Origin: Vicinamibacteria bacterium
Lineage (GTDB): Bacteria; Acidobacteriota; Vicinamibacteria; Marinacidobacterales; Marinacidobacteraceae
Assembly: GCA_963555995.3 (NCBI GenBank)
Contig: OY821641.1
Span: 960,001-1,024,000 of the forward strand
Reading direction: 5' to 3'
Length of the DNA stretch: 64,000 bases
Shown here: piece after piece, positions 9,198-18,529 of the stretch
How positions within the stretch are numbered: the stretch's first letter is position 1
How the letters are laid out: every line of letters starts with the position of its first letter
Made by a program: the position numbers and the translations under genes
The notes under the pieces: generated by a model
Told to the model about the DNA's origin: nothing
Seen by the model: the letters and a program-made list of their open reading frames with translations, nothing else
Databases searched by the model: none

Positions 9198-10781
9198 CTA
9201 TGCGGCCACCGCCGTGCGGCGCGAGCGCCAGATCCAGAGCCCGAAGGCGCCGAGGCCGAAGAACATGACCAGGAGACCCACCACTCCCCCGATGTAGGGC
9301 ACTTCCACCGCCAGCACCAGGATCCCGAGGCCCAGCGCGATCCGCCCGAGCCGCTGCACATTGGTGGAAGCGAGACCGAGCAGCGCCTGGCCGATCACCA
9401 TCGCGGCGATCACCCGGGAGGCGTAGAGCAGGAAGAGGTAGAGCATGCCGATGGCGAAGGTGAGTGGCAGGCCGATGAAGGTGATGGCGAGGAGGATCGC
9501 CGTGAAGGGGAGCCCCACGAACAGCAGCATCCCGAGCAGGAGCGGGGCGATGGGCCGGCCGCCGATCGCGGCCAACGCTCCGAGCGGCCCCGAAGCGAGA
9601 AGCACGAGGACGAGTCCGAGCGTCATTCCCATCCCCCAGCGTGTTGCGACACTCATGACTTCGTCCCAGACGCTGGATTCCTCCGGTTCCGGCTCGGACC
9701 ACTCCACCTGCGGCGCGCCGGGCTCGCGCTCGGGTTCCGAGGGGCCGGTGTACTGGGCGTCGCCGGCGACCTCGGCCTCGGCCCCGAGTTCCAGGATCTC
9801 GCCATGGAACTTGAGGTCGCCCCCGACCCGCGCATCGAGTTCCAGGCTGCTGCCGGCCGCGAGCACAGAACCGCCGACCGGACCGGCGAGCGAAAGGTCA
9901 TCGCCGGCCATCATCACGCCGCCGCCCACGGAACCGCCCCGGAGCACGAAGATGCGTTCGCCGGCCGCCGCGAGCCCGCGCCCCACGTCGCCCGCGATGC
10001 GGACCGTCTGGGCCGCGCCGCGCAAGCTCAGCCCGACGCTGCCGTCCACGTTCAGTTCGTTTCCGAACCCGAAGACATCGCCATCCACCCGGCCGCTGAC
10101 GAGCAGCGAGCGGCCCGCGAAGTAGAGATCCCCGCGCACCGTTCCCTCGACGATGGATTCGTCACAGAGGAGCAGCAGATCGTCGTTCACCACCCGGTCG
10201 GCGGCGATGCGGCAACGCTCCGTGTCGCCGACGATGACTTCAAGGGCATCGGCGGGGGCGGCGACCGCACCCAGTCCGGGAACGAGCGCCGCCAGCAGGA
10301 GCGGCATGACGCCGGCGCGGGGCCGGCGGATGGCGTTCGACGCCAGGGCAATACCGATGAGGGTCATGATGACGATGCCTCCGTAGGCGATCTGTAGTCC
10401 GAGTTGCTGTACGTCCAGCAGGGAGAGAAGGCGGAAACCGAGATCCGAGAGCACGGGAAGGGCGTCGGGCATCGGTGCTTCCGCCGCCGCTTCGCCCACC
10501 CCGGCGAAGAAACGCCGCACGGCGACGAGGCCGAGCGAGAGAACGAGCCCGGCGGCCACCACCCAGCCGAGTTCCCGCGAAACCTCGCGTTCGCGGGTGG
10601 CCTCGGGGGCCGCCGCCGCGCGCAGGAGGTCGCTCTCCTGCCGAAGTCCCTCGTAGAGGCGGTGGCAGGGGAAACAGCGGGTCAGGTGGGAGCGGGCCGC
10701 AGACGCTTCCCCCCGGGGCAACTCGTCGTCCAACAGGGCGAGCAGTTCCAGTTCGGAGAGGTGCTGCACGTCGGCCATCAT
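9198..10781 (-). CDS. Zinc-finger anti-sigma factor fused to a bactofilin-like beta-helix and multi-TM domain
   Basis: HLSELELLALLDDEL..HLTRCFPC (HxxxCxxC), TM helices, repeated 'G.V.GD' beta-helix units, hydrophobic C-terminus; overlaps the sigma gene stop. Confidence 0.82.
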   Translation of the reverse strand: MMADVQHLSELELLALLDDELPRGEASAARSHLTRCFPCHRLYEGLRQESDLLRAAAAPEATREREVSRELGWVVAAGLVLSLGLVAVRRFFAGVGEAAAEAPMPDALPVLSDLGFRLLSLLDVQQLGLQIAYGGIVIMTLIGIALASNAIRRPRAGVMPLLLAALVPGLGAVAAPADALEVIVGDTERCRIAADRVVNDDLLLLCDESIVEGTVRGDLYFAGRSLLVSGRVDGDVFGFGNELNVDGSVGLSLRGAAQTVRIAGDVGRGLAAAGERIFVLRGGSVGGGVMMAGDDLSLAGPVGGSVLAAGSSLELDARVGGDLKFHGEILELGAEAEVAGDAQYTGPSEPEREPGAPQVEWSEPEPEESSVWDEVMSVATRWGMGMTLGLVLVLLASGPLGALAAIGGRPIAPLLLGMLLFVGLPFTAILLAITFIGLPLTFAIGMLYLFLLYASRVIAAMVIGQALLGLASTNVQRLGRIALGLGILVLAVEVPYIGGVVGLLVMFFGLGAFGLWIWRSRRTAVAA

Positions 10782-11371
10782 TCGATTCCCTCCCCGGCGA
10801 GCCGGTCCCGCATCCGGCGCCGGCCGCGGAGGAGCAGCACCCCCACGTTCGTGCGCGTGACGCCCAGCGTGTCGGCGATCTCCTGGTAACTCAGGCCCGC
10901 GCCGTAGCGCAGGGTCAGAGCGAAGCGCTGCCGCAGCGGCAGTCCGGAGAGCGCCTCGCGGACCCGCTCCCGCCGCTCCTCGGTGATCAGCCGGTCGAGC
11001 GGGCTGGGGCCGTCGGCGGGCAGTTGGGCCGCGCCCTCGTCGTCGAGCGGTTCGGAACGGCGGTTCTTCCGCGCCTCGTCCCAGCAGCGGTTCGCGGCGA
11101 TCCGGAACAGCCAGGGCCCGAAGGGGCGCGACACGTCGAAGGAGTCCAGCCGGAAGCGGGTCTTCATCATGATTTCCGCGGCGAGGTCCTCGCCGGAGTC
11201 TCCGGGCAGCGTCCGGCGGCAGAAGGCGAGTACCTGCGGATGGAAGTGCCGATAGAGCGCCGCCCAGGCGTCCTGGGCGGCCTGCTCGGCCGCGTGACCG
11301 CTGTCCGCGCCCTGTTCGTCGGCCTCCTGGCAGATGCGGACGAGATCCGTGATTTCCTGATCGTGGAGCAT
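10778..11371 (-). CDS. ECF (sigma-70 family) RNA polymerase sigma factor
   Basis: FGPWLFRIAANRCWD (region 2), LSGLPLRQR...GLSYQEIADTLG...V.VLLLRGRR (region 4); GGAGG RBS before ATG 11371. Confidence 0.92.
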   Translation of the reverse strand: MLHDQEITDLVRICQEADEQGADSGHAAEQAAQDAWAALYRHFHPQVLAFCRRTLPGDSGEDLAAEIMMKTRFRLDSFDVSRPFGPWLFRIAANRCWDEARKNRRSEPLDDEGAAQLPADGPSPLDRLITEERRERVREALSGLPLRQRFALTLRYGAGLSYQEIADTLGVTRTNVGVLLLRGRRRMRDRLAGEGIE

Positions 11372-11435
11372 CCCTCCGGTTCCTATACGTCCCGGCACGG
11401 CGGAAGTTACAGCGCGCGGCGCGGCCCGCGGTCGT

Positions 11436-11817
11436 CGGCGTTCCAAGGCGTCGTTTTGCCTGCGCTGTGGGGCGCCACGTTGAGGTGGGAGTCGCCTTTG
11501 GTGGGTGGGGTTGGGATGTGGGCCGTGCGGAGCACCGCGGTGCTGGTCTGGAGACCGGCGTTCCAAGGCGTTGTGTTGCCTGTGCTGTGGGGCGTCAGGT
11601 TGAGGTGGGAGTCGCCTTTGGTGGGTGGGGTTGGGACGTGCGCGGTGCGGAGCACCGCGGTGCCGGTCTGGAGACCGGCGTTCCAAGGCGTCGTGTTGTC
11701 TGTGCTGTGGGGCGTCAGGTTGAGGTGGGAGTCGCCTTTTGTGGGTGGGGTTGGGACGTGGGCGGTGCGGAGCAGCGCGGGTGGCGGTCTGGAGACCGGC
11801 GTTCCAGGGCGTCGTGT
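11436..11817 (-). repeat. Tandem array of three 120-bp units plus a partial unit, each carrying the REP-like palindrome
   Basis: Lines 11461/11581/11701 and 11521/11641/11761 align almost base for base; each unit holds TGCCGGTCTGGAGACCGGCGTTCCA or a close variant. Confidence 0.95.
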
Positions 11818-11844
11818 CGCGCCCTGTCTCCTAGAATCCCGGCG

Positions 11845-13173
11845 ATGCGTGCCCTGCACCGGCGGCTGCTCGTCGTCTCCACGGTGGTCCTGGCGCTCGT
11901 TCCGGTGGCGTTCGGGGTCCGGCTGCTCGACCGGATGGCGCTCGCCTACACCACCGGGCTCCGGCGGAGCGCGGACAGCCCCGGGTTCGGCGGCGTCATG
12001 CCGCCCGCCGACGGGCCGCCGCCGGGGGTGGCGTTCCTCGGGTTCTCCGGACCCGCGGAGGGTGCCGAGGGGTTCGTGATGCGCCGGGTGACCGCCCAGG
12101 CGCGGGACGCCGGGTTGCGGGACGGGGACCGGGTTGCCGCGGTGGACGGGGTGGCCTACCCGGGTGCGCGGGAGGCGATGGGGGGACTCATCACTACCCG
12201 GATCGCGGGCGAAACGGTGGATCTGACGGTCACGCGGAACGGCGAGGAACTCACGCTGCCGCTCCGCCTCTCGCGCTACGTGCGGCATCCCGGAGACCTG
12301 GGACTTCCCTACGAGGAGGTCTCCCTGGCATCGGGAAGCGGACACACCTTGCGAGGATGGTGGATCCCGCCCCCCGAGGACAGCGACGGCCGGGCCGTGG
12401 TGTGGGTGCACGGCGCCCATTCCTCCCGGTACCAGGCGCTCGACCACGGCGCGGAGTTCCTGCACGCGCGGGGCTACGGGATCCTCACGATGGACCTCTC
12501 GGGCCGCGGTTCGAGCGACGGCGAGTACATCACCTACACGTGGAACGAACGCCACGACGTGCGCTCGATGGTGGGCTACCTGCGCTCGCGGCCGGACACC
12601 GACGCGTCGAGGGTGGTCGTCTTCGGAACCTCGAACGGCGCCGCGTCCGCGATCTACGCGGCCGCCGCGCTTGGCGACCTTCCCGCGCTCGCGCTCGACG
12701 CCCCCTATGCGGACCTCTGGCGGGCGGCCGGTTCCATGCTCGAAATGCGCGGCGGGATTCCGGCGCTCAGGGGGCCGCTCGCGCTCTTCGTCAGGGCCAG
12801 GACCGGCCTTCGCATCCGTGAGGTCCGGCCCATCGAGGTCATCGCGGACATACCGGGACCGGTCCTCTTCCTGCACGGCGACCGGGATCGGCAGGTTCCC
12901 CCCGAGCACAGCCTGGAACTCCACGAGGCCCGGATGGAGGCGGGGTTGCCCTCCCGCCGGTGGATCCTCCCGGGCGGGGAACACGGGTTCGACGCCTATC
13001 CGCTCCCCGGGGTCTTCTGGAACCGGATCGCGGACTTCTTCGACAATGCGCTCGGGGGACGTCCTGTGGGGCGGGAACTCGGCGGACCCGCTCCCGACAC
13101 CCTCGACGATCCGGCGTGGACGGGCGCGGGTTCCGCGCGGGAGGCCCCGAACGGGCCGGGAGAGCTCCGGTGA
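11845..13173 (+). CDS. Membrane-anchored PDZ-domain alpha/beta hydrolase
   Basis: N-terminal TM, AGLRDGDRVAAVDG (PDZ), VWVHG, FGTSNGA nucleophile elbow, FLHGDRD, GGEH. Confidence 0.87.
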   Translation: MRALHRRLLVVSTVVLALVPVAFGVRLLDRMALAYTTGLRRSADSPGFGGVMPPADGPPPGVAFLGFSGPAEGAEGFVMRRVTAQARDAGLRDGDRVAAVDGVAYPGAREAMGGLITTRIAGETVDLTVTRNGEELTLPLRLSRYVRHPGDLGLPYEEVSLASGSGHTLRGWWIPPPEDSDGRAVVWVHGAHSSRYQALDHGAEFLHARGYGILTMDLSGRGSSDGEYITYTWNERHDVRSMVGYLRSRPDTDASRVVVFGTSNGAASAIYAAAALGDLPALALDAPYADLWRAAGSMLEMRGGIPALRGPLALFVRARTGLRIREVRPIEVIADIPGPVLFLHGDRDRQVPPEHSLELHEARMEAGLPSRRWILPGGEHGFDAYPLPGVFWNRIADFFDNALGGRPVGRELGGPAPDTLDDPAWTGAGSAREAPNGPGELR

Positions 13174-15593
13174 GGGGATCGCTCCGACCCCTCGGCGCCG
13201 TCGGCGCCGCGTTCGCCCTGCTGGCCGGCTGCGGGGGTTCCGAGGTCGCGCCGCCGGCCACCATCGGCCCAGCGCCCGGCTACGAGGAGTTGGCGGGGCG
13301 GCTCTCCGCCTTCGTCGAGGCCGAGATGGAGCACAAGCGGATCCCGGCGCTGGCGCTCGCCATCACCGACGGCGGCCGGATCGTCTGGGCGCGGGGCTTC
13401 GGCGAGGCGCGGCCCGGCGTTCCGGCCGACGCGGACACCCTCTTCCGGGTCGGGTCGGTTTCGAAGCTCTTCACCGACATCGCGGTGGTGGCGCGGCACG
13501 AAGCCGGTGAATTCGACCTCGATGCCGAGGTTTCGGACGTTCTTCCGGGATTTCAACCCGCGGGAGTTCCGGAAGTGGGCGGGGTCACACTGCGCCGGCT
13601 GATGGCGCACCGCGCCGGGCTCGTCCGCGAGCCGCCGGTGGGGCACTATTTCGACGACACCGACCCCTCGCTCGCCGCGACCGTCGAGAGTCTGAACGGC
13701 GTCCCGCTCGTCTTCCCGCCCGGGCTCCGGCAGAAGTACTCGAACGCCGGGATCGCGGTGGTCGGCCGGGTGCTGGAACACGTCGCCGGAAGGCCGTTCG
13801 CCGAAGCGGTGACCGCAGACGTGCTCATCCCGCTCGGGCTGGAGTCCAGTTCGTTCTCGCTGGCCTCCGCACCGGCGGAGCGGCTCGCGAACGCCTCGAT
13901 GTGGACCTACGACGGCCGCGAGTTCCCGGCTCCCGACTTCCCGCTCGGGATGGCGCCCGCCGGTTCGATGGTCACCTCGGTGCGCGACCTGGGCCGGTTC
14001 CTGACCGTGATGGCGGGAGGCGAACTCCCGGGCGTGCTGGGTTCGGATGCCCTCGCCGAGATGTGGCGCGTCCAGTTCCCGGAGGATCCCGACGACCCGC
14101 AACCCACCGGCTTCGGGCTCGGCTTCCACCGGGGCCGGCTGGAGACCCGAAACGCGGGCGGCGCGACGGTTTCACATCCGGTGGTCGGTCACGGAGGCGC
14201 GATCTACGGGTACTCCACCGAACTGGCGTTCCTGCCGGACGCGGGTCTCGGCGCCGTGGCGGTCAGCAACGTGGACTTCACGAACGCGGTGGTTTCCCGG
14301 ATCGTCCGGCTGGCCCTCGAGGCCGCGCTGGGCCTCCGCGAGGGGGTCGAGGCGCCGCTGCCCCGGTCCTCGCCGCTGCCCGAGGGACTGTCGAGCCGGC
14401 TTCACGGCGTGTACGCGTCCGAATCCGGCGACCGGCTACGGGTGCTGGCGCGCGGCGGACGCGCCGAGCTGGAGATCGGGAGCGCCACCCTGGAACTTCG
14501 CGCCTCGGAGACACGGGGGGTGCTCATCGCCGACTCGCGGCTTTCCTTCGGCCCCGAGATCGCCATCCGGGGCGAAGACGCGGGAGAGATCCGGTCCCTG
14601 ATCATCGGCGACCGGGAGTTCCGCCGGGTCCCCGAACCCCGCCCGCCCCCTCCGCCGGCGGAGTTCCTCCCCCTGATCGGCGAGTACGGCTGGGACCACA
14701 ACATCCTCTTCGTGTTCGAGCGAGACGGAGCGCTCACCGTGCTGATCGAATGGCTCGAGCGCTACCCGCTGACTGCCGACGCGAGTGACGCGGACCGCTT
14801 CCACTTCCCGGACCGGGGCCTGTACCCCGGCGAGTCCCTGGTGTTTCTGCGCGACGCGGAGGGCCGGGTGACCGGCGCCGACCTCTCGGGAATCGTCTTC
14901 GAGCGCCGTCCCGGACCGGCGGAAGGGACCTTCCGCATCGAGCCGCTGCATCCGGTCGACGAACTCCGCCGTCTCGCGGATGCCGGCTCTCCGCCCGTCG
15001 AGGAAGGGGACTTCCTCGATTCGGATCTCGTGCGGCTCACTGACCTCGACCCCACCATTCGCCTCGACGTCCGCTACGCCGGCGAGAACAACTTCATGGG
15101 GACGGCGTTCTACCAGGTGGCGGACGCCTTCCTGCAGCGACCCGCCGCCGAGGCGCTGGCCCGAGCGCACGCGGCGCTCGGGGACCGCGGCTACGGAGTC
15201 ATCGTCCACGACGGCTATCGGCCCTGGCGGGTCACGAAGATGTTCTTCGACGCGACCCCCGAACACCAGCGCATCTTCGTGGCTGATCCCGCGTCGGGGT
15301 CGCGGCACAACCGCGGCGCGGCGGTGGACATCGGCCTCTACGACCGGGCGACCGGCGAGGTCCAGGTCTTCGTCTCCGGCTACGACGAGTTCTCGGAACG
15401 CGCCTTCCCGCGTTACGTCGGGGGGACCTCGGAACAGCGCTGGCTCCGGGAACTGCTGCGGCAGGTCATGGAGCGCGAGGGGTTCGACGTGTACGAGCAC
15501 GAGTGGTGGCACTTCGACTACGGCGCCTGGGAGCGCTACGGCATCCAGAACGTGCCGCTCCACCGCATCGGGGAAGGGAACCCCCCGCCGTGA
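13170..15593 (+). CDS. Lipoprotein serine hydrolase (beta-lactamase/PBP fold) fused to an M15 D-Ala-D-Ala dipeptidase (VanX-like)
   Basis: LLAGC lipobox; GSVSK, YSN, HGG motifs; C-terminal HDGYRP, SRHNRGAAVD, EWWHFDY. Confidence 0.9.
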   Translation: MRGSLRPLGAVGAAFALLAGCGGSEVAPPATIGPAPGYEELAGRLSAFVEAEMEHKRIPALALAITDGGRIVWARGFGEARPGVPADADTLFRVGSVSKLFTDIAVVARHEAGEFDLDAEVSDVLPGFQPAGVPEVGGVTLRRLMAHRAGLVREPPVGHYFDDTDPSLAATVESLNGVPLVFPPGLRQKYSNAGIAVVGRVLEHVAGRPFAEAVTADVLIPLGLESSSFSLASAPAERLANASMWTYDGREFPAPDFPLGMAPAGSMVTSVRDLGRFLTVMAGGELPGVLGSDALAEMWRVQFPEDPDDPQPTGFGLGFHRGRLETRNAGGATVSHPVVGHGGAIYGYSTELAFLPDAGLGAVAVSNVDFTNAVVSRIVRLALEAALGLREGVEAPLPRSSPLPEGLSSRLHGVYASESGDRLRVLARGGRAELEIGSATLELRASETRGVLIADSRLSFGPEIAIRGEDAGEIRSLIIGDREFRRVPEPRPPPPPAEFLPLIGEYGWDHNILFVFERDGALTVLIEWLERYPLTADASDADRFHFPDRGLYPGESLVFLRDAEGRVTGADLSGIVFERRPGPAEGTFRIEPLHPVDELRRLADAGSPPVEEGDFLDSDLVRLTDLDPTIRLDVRYAGENNFMGTAFYQVADAFLQRPAAEALARAHAALGDRGYGVIVHDGYRPWRVTKMFFDATPEHQRIFVADPASGSRHNRGAAVDIGLYDRATGEVQVFVSGYDEFSERAFPRYVGGTSEQRWLRELLRQVMEREGFDVYEHEWWHFDYGAWERYGIQNVPLHRIGEGNPPP

Positions 15594-16315
15594 TCCTCGA
15601 ACTGCTCTCCCGCGAGGGGCGGGAGGCGGCCCGCATCCGGCGCGCCGCCAAGACGCTCACCGAGCGCTACGCGCAGCCCGAGCCGCGCATGGACGCCGCC
15701 GAGCGGCTGGTGCGCATCGGAACCCCCGAAGCGATCTACCAGCTCGCCCGGCGTTTCACCATCACCTCCGGGAACCTGGAACAGGATGACAAGGAGAAGC
15801 GCTGGGTCCGCGACCTCCTGGTCGAATTGGAAGGCCGCGCCTCCGAACCCGTGCGGCGCTACCTGAAGGGTCACGACGAGATCACCTGGGCGATGGACGC
15901 CCTCTCGAAGCTCCTGCCGGCGGAAGAGCTGGCAACGTTCCTCTTCCAGGTGCTCCAGGACGGGGATCCGGTGGCCATCCGGGGGTCCAAGGCGGTCCAG
16001 ATCCTCGACTTCCTCGCCGGGCTCGAAACGGAGGGGATCGCCGCCGGGGTCGCGCGCTGCCTCACGAGCAGCGACGACACGGTGCGGATCGCCGCGGTGG
16101 CCGCGCTCCGCGGCTATGGAGACCAGGAAACCCGGGAAGCGCTTCTCGAGGCCTTCGTCTCGGACGAAGAGGACTCCGTCCGGGTGCGGATCGCGATCGC
16201 GGAACTCTTCGCCGACCTGGAGTGGGAAATCCGCGGTCATCGCCCGGGCGTGGAACGCGTGCTTCCCGACGGCTTCCGGGTCAGCTCCCGCGGCCGGATC
16301 GTCCGGGCCGGGTAG
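15590..16315 (+). CDS. HEAT-repeat protein
   Basis: RMDAAERL, DDTVRIAAVAAL, DSVRVRIAIAE; GTGA overlap with the upstream gene. Confidence 0.7.
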   Translation: MILELLSREGREAARIRRAAKTLTERYAQPEPRMDAAERLVRIGTPEAIYQLARRFTITSGNLEQDDKEKRWVRDLLVELEGRASEPVRRYLKGHDEITWAMDALSKLLPAEELATFLFQVLQDGDPVAIRGSKAVQILDFLAGLETEGIAAGVARCLTSSDDTVRIAAVAALRGYGDQETREALLEAFVSDEEDSVRVRIAIAELFADLEWEIRGHRPGVERVLPDGFRVSSRGRIVRAG

Positions 16316-16376
16316 TCGTCCGGTGGACAAAAGGAGTCACCCCGGAAGCCGCCCATCCACCCCGAGGCCGGAATCT

Positions 16377-17531
16377 GTGGCATCCTCAGCGCACCAGCCT
16401 CCGGAGCAACTTCGAATCGTGACGCGCGCGCCCCGCACCGACGCCGAGGCGGGACGGCGTGGGCGCGCGGGCGCCGGGAGCGCCACATCGCTCCTGTTCC
16501 GGGGCGATGTGCTCGACGCCTACCCGACGTGGCCCGCGCCCTCGACGATCGTTTCCGACGGCGCGTACGGCGTTGGGGGATTTCCGGGCGATCCGCGGAC
16601 CGCGGAGGGGCTCGAAGCCTGGTACGCGCCCCATGTCGCCGCCTGGGAGCGGTACGCAACGCCCTCGACGACCCTCTGGTTCTGGAACACCGAGTTGGGC
16701 TGGGCGCGGGTGCATCCGCTGTTGGAACGGCACGGCTTCGAATACGTGCAGACCGTCGTGTGGGACAAGGGCGTCGCCCACATCGCCGGCAACGTGAACG
16801 GCGGCACGATCCGGCGATTTCCGGTGGTTACGGAAGTCTGCGTGTTCTATCGGCGACGCCCCGAGTTCCGTACCGTGGAGGGGCCCATGGCGCCTCGGGA
16901 GTGGCTCCGCTACGAATGGCGCCGCGCCGGCCTGCGGTTCGCCCTGGCGAACGAGGCCTGTGGGGTCCGGAACGCCGCGACCCGTAAGTACCTGGCTTCG
17001 GACTGGCTCTGGTATTGGCCCCCTCCGGCGATGATGGAGCGGCTCGTGGGGTATGCCAATGAGCACGGCCAGCCGGCAGGTGCGCCGTATTTCTCGCTGG
17101 ACGGCGAGAGACCGGTGACCGCTCGCGAATGGGCATCCCTCCGGGATCGCTGGCACCACATCCACGGCGTTACCAACGTCTGGTCCGCACCTCCGTTGCA
17201 CGGCGGCGAGCGGTACAAGGGCAATGGCGTCCGGTCGGCGCCCCGCGTACATCGTCCCGGCGCGGGCGCGGCTGTCCATCTCAACCAGAAGCCGCTGGAG
17301 TTCATGCGCCGGATCCTGAACGCTTCGACGGACCCGGGCGACGTGGTGTGGGAGCCCTTCGGCGGCCTCTGCAGCGCATCGGTTGCCGCCATCGAACTGG
17401 GCCGGCGTCCATTCGCCGCGGAGGCCGTGGACCGGTTCGCCGAGCTGGCCGCCGACCGCCTGCGCCACGCTCTCGCAACCGTCGAACAGAGCCTGTTTCC
17501 GCCGTCCGCCGCCGGGACGGACCCAACATGA
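16377..17531 (+). CDS. Site-specific amino-DNA methyltransferase, beta class (start uncertain, 16377 or 16419)
   Basis: Motif IV-like IVSDGAYG, WDKG, TNVW, HLNQKPL, motif I-like GDVVWEPFGGLCS. Confidence 0.87.
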   Translation: MASSAHQPPEQLRIVTRAPRTDAEAGRRGRAGAGSATSLLFRGDVLDAYPTWPAPSTIVSDGAYGVGGFPGDPRTAEGLEAWYAPHVAAWERYATPSTTLWFWNTELGWARVHPLLERHGFEYVQTVVWDKGVAHIAGNVNGGTIRRFPVVTEVCVFYRRRPEFRTVEGPMAPREWLRYEWRRAGLRFALANEACGVRNAATRKYLASDWLWYWPPPAMMERLVGYANEHGQPAGAPYFSLDGERPVTAREWASLRDRWHHIHGVTNVWSAPPLHGGERYKGNGVRSAPRVHRPGAGAAVHLNQKPLEFMRRILNASTDPGDVVWEPFGGLCSASVAAIELGRRPFAAEAVDRFAELAADRLRHALATVEQSLFPPSAAGTDPT

Positions 17532-18439
17532 ACGTACCCGCCGCCCCCGCCCCCCCGCTGCTGGATGCCGACGATCCCCGGACCCGGTTGGCGGACCGGG
17601 TGAGGGAGGCCCTGAGGGCGTTGCCCGCCTACTTCGACTCCAAGACCAACATCGAGGGTTTGGGAGTCACCGACCTCTTCTCCCTGAACGCCCTGCTGGC
17701 GTCCACGATCGAGGTCCAAGTCGTGGAGACGCTGAATCGGATGCGTTCGGTGTGGGATCCCGGAAACGAATGGCCGCTCTATTCGTTCGAGCGGCAGGCA
17801 CAGACGTTTCCTGATGTCCTGCTCCGCCGGCGCGCGGGTGATGGCAGTTCCGCGGTGGCGCTCGGGATCGAGCTGAAGGGCTGGTACCTGCTTGCGAAAG
17901 AGGGGGTGCCGAGTTTCCGCTACACGGTGACGCCGGGGGCGTGTGCCGAGTGGGACCTGCTGGCCGTGGTGCCGTGGCACCTGGAGAACGTGCTGGCGGG
18001 CGCCCCGCGGGTGGGAATTCCGGGTGTCTGGTCGGCCAGACACGCGGCCGAATACCGGAACTGGTGGTGGCGCCACCAGCGCAGCGCCCAGTCGGACTCG
18101 ACCATCGAGATGCCGCCCGACGCCCGGCCGCATGACCGGCGCGACCACACCGCCGACCGTCCGGTGTCGGACAAGGGCGGCAACTTCGGACGAATTGCCC
18201 GAATCGGCATCATGCGGGACTGGATCGACCGGCAACAGGTGGCTCCGATTGCGGGGATTCCGGCGCGGAACTGGGTCGAGTTTCTCCGGCGGCACGCAGA
18301 CCAGAGCGATCCCCAACTGGTTTTTGACCAACTGGTCAAGGAGGTCGAAGCGGCAAGGGATTCGGCGGGAACGCCCGCTCTCGCACAAGCGATGGACGCG
18401 CTCCGGCACTTGATCCAGGCGCTTCCCCGAAACGACTGA
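17528..18439 (+). CDS. Putative PD-(D/E)xK restriction endonuclease
   Basis: ATGA overlap with the MTase stop; QTFPDVLL...GIELKGW catalytic-like motif. Confidence 0.65.
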   Translation: MNVPAAPAPPLLDADDPRTRLADRVREALRALPAYFDSKTNIEGLGVTDLFSLNALLASTIEVQVVETLNRMRSVWDPGNEWPLYSFERQAQTFPDVLLRRRAGDGSSAVALGIELKGWYLLAKEGVPSFRYTVTPGACAEWDLLAVVPWHLENVLAGAPRVGIPGVWSARHAAEYRNWWWRHQRSAQSDSTIEMPPDARPHDRRDHTADRPVSDKGGNFGRIARIGIMRDWIDRQQVAPIAGIPARNWVEFLRRHADQSDPQLVFDQLVKEVEAARDSAGTPALAQAMDALRHLIQALPRND

Positions 18440-18529
18440 CGAGACGCGGATGCGTTCGCCGGATCGCCCGTCTCCCGTGAACGGCGAGTCGGCGGCGCGA
18501 ACCGGGGTCGGAGTACGGGGAGGCTGACG

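Noticed and set aside
11436-11817. CRISPR array (palindromic repeat at regular spacing)
   Set aside because: The intervening ~95-nt segments are near-identical rather than unique spacers, there are no cas genes, and the palindrome is dispersed across the window
11407-12984. Apparent repeat proteins with WNAGLQTG / VWRPAFQ units
   Set aside because: These are translations of the REP-like DNA repeat, found in several frames and intergenic sites
15000-15593. vanX glycopeptide-resistance gene
   Set aside because: It is a fused domain of an exported lipoprotein, with no vanA/vanH/vanRS nearby
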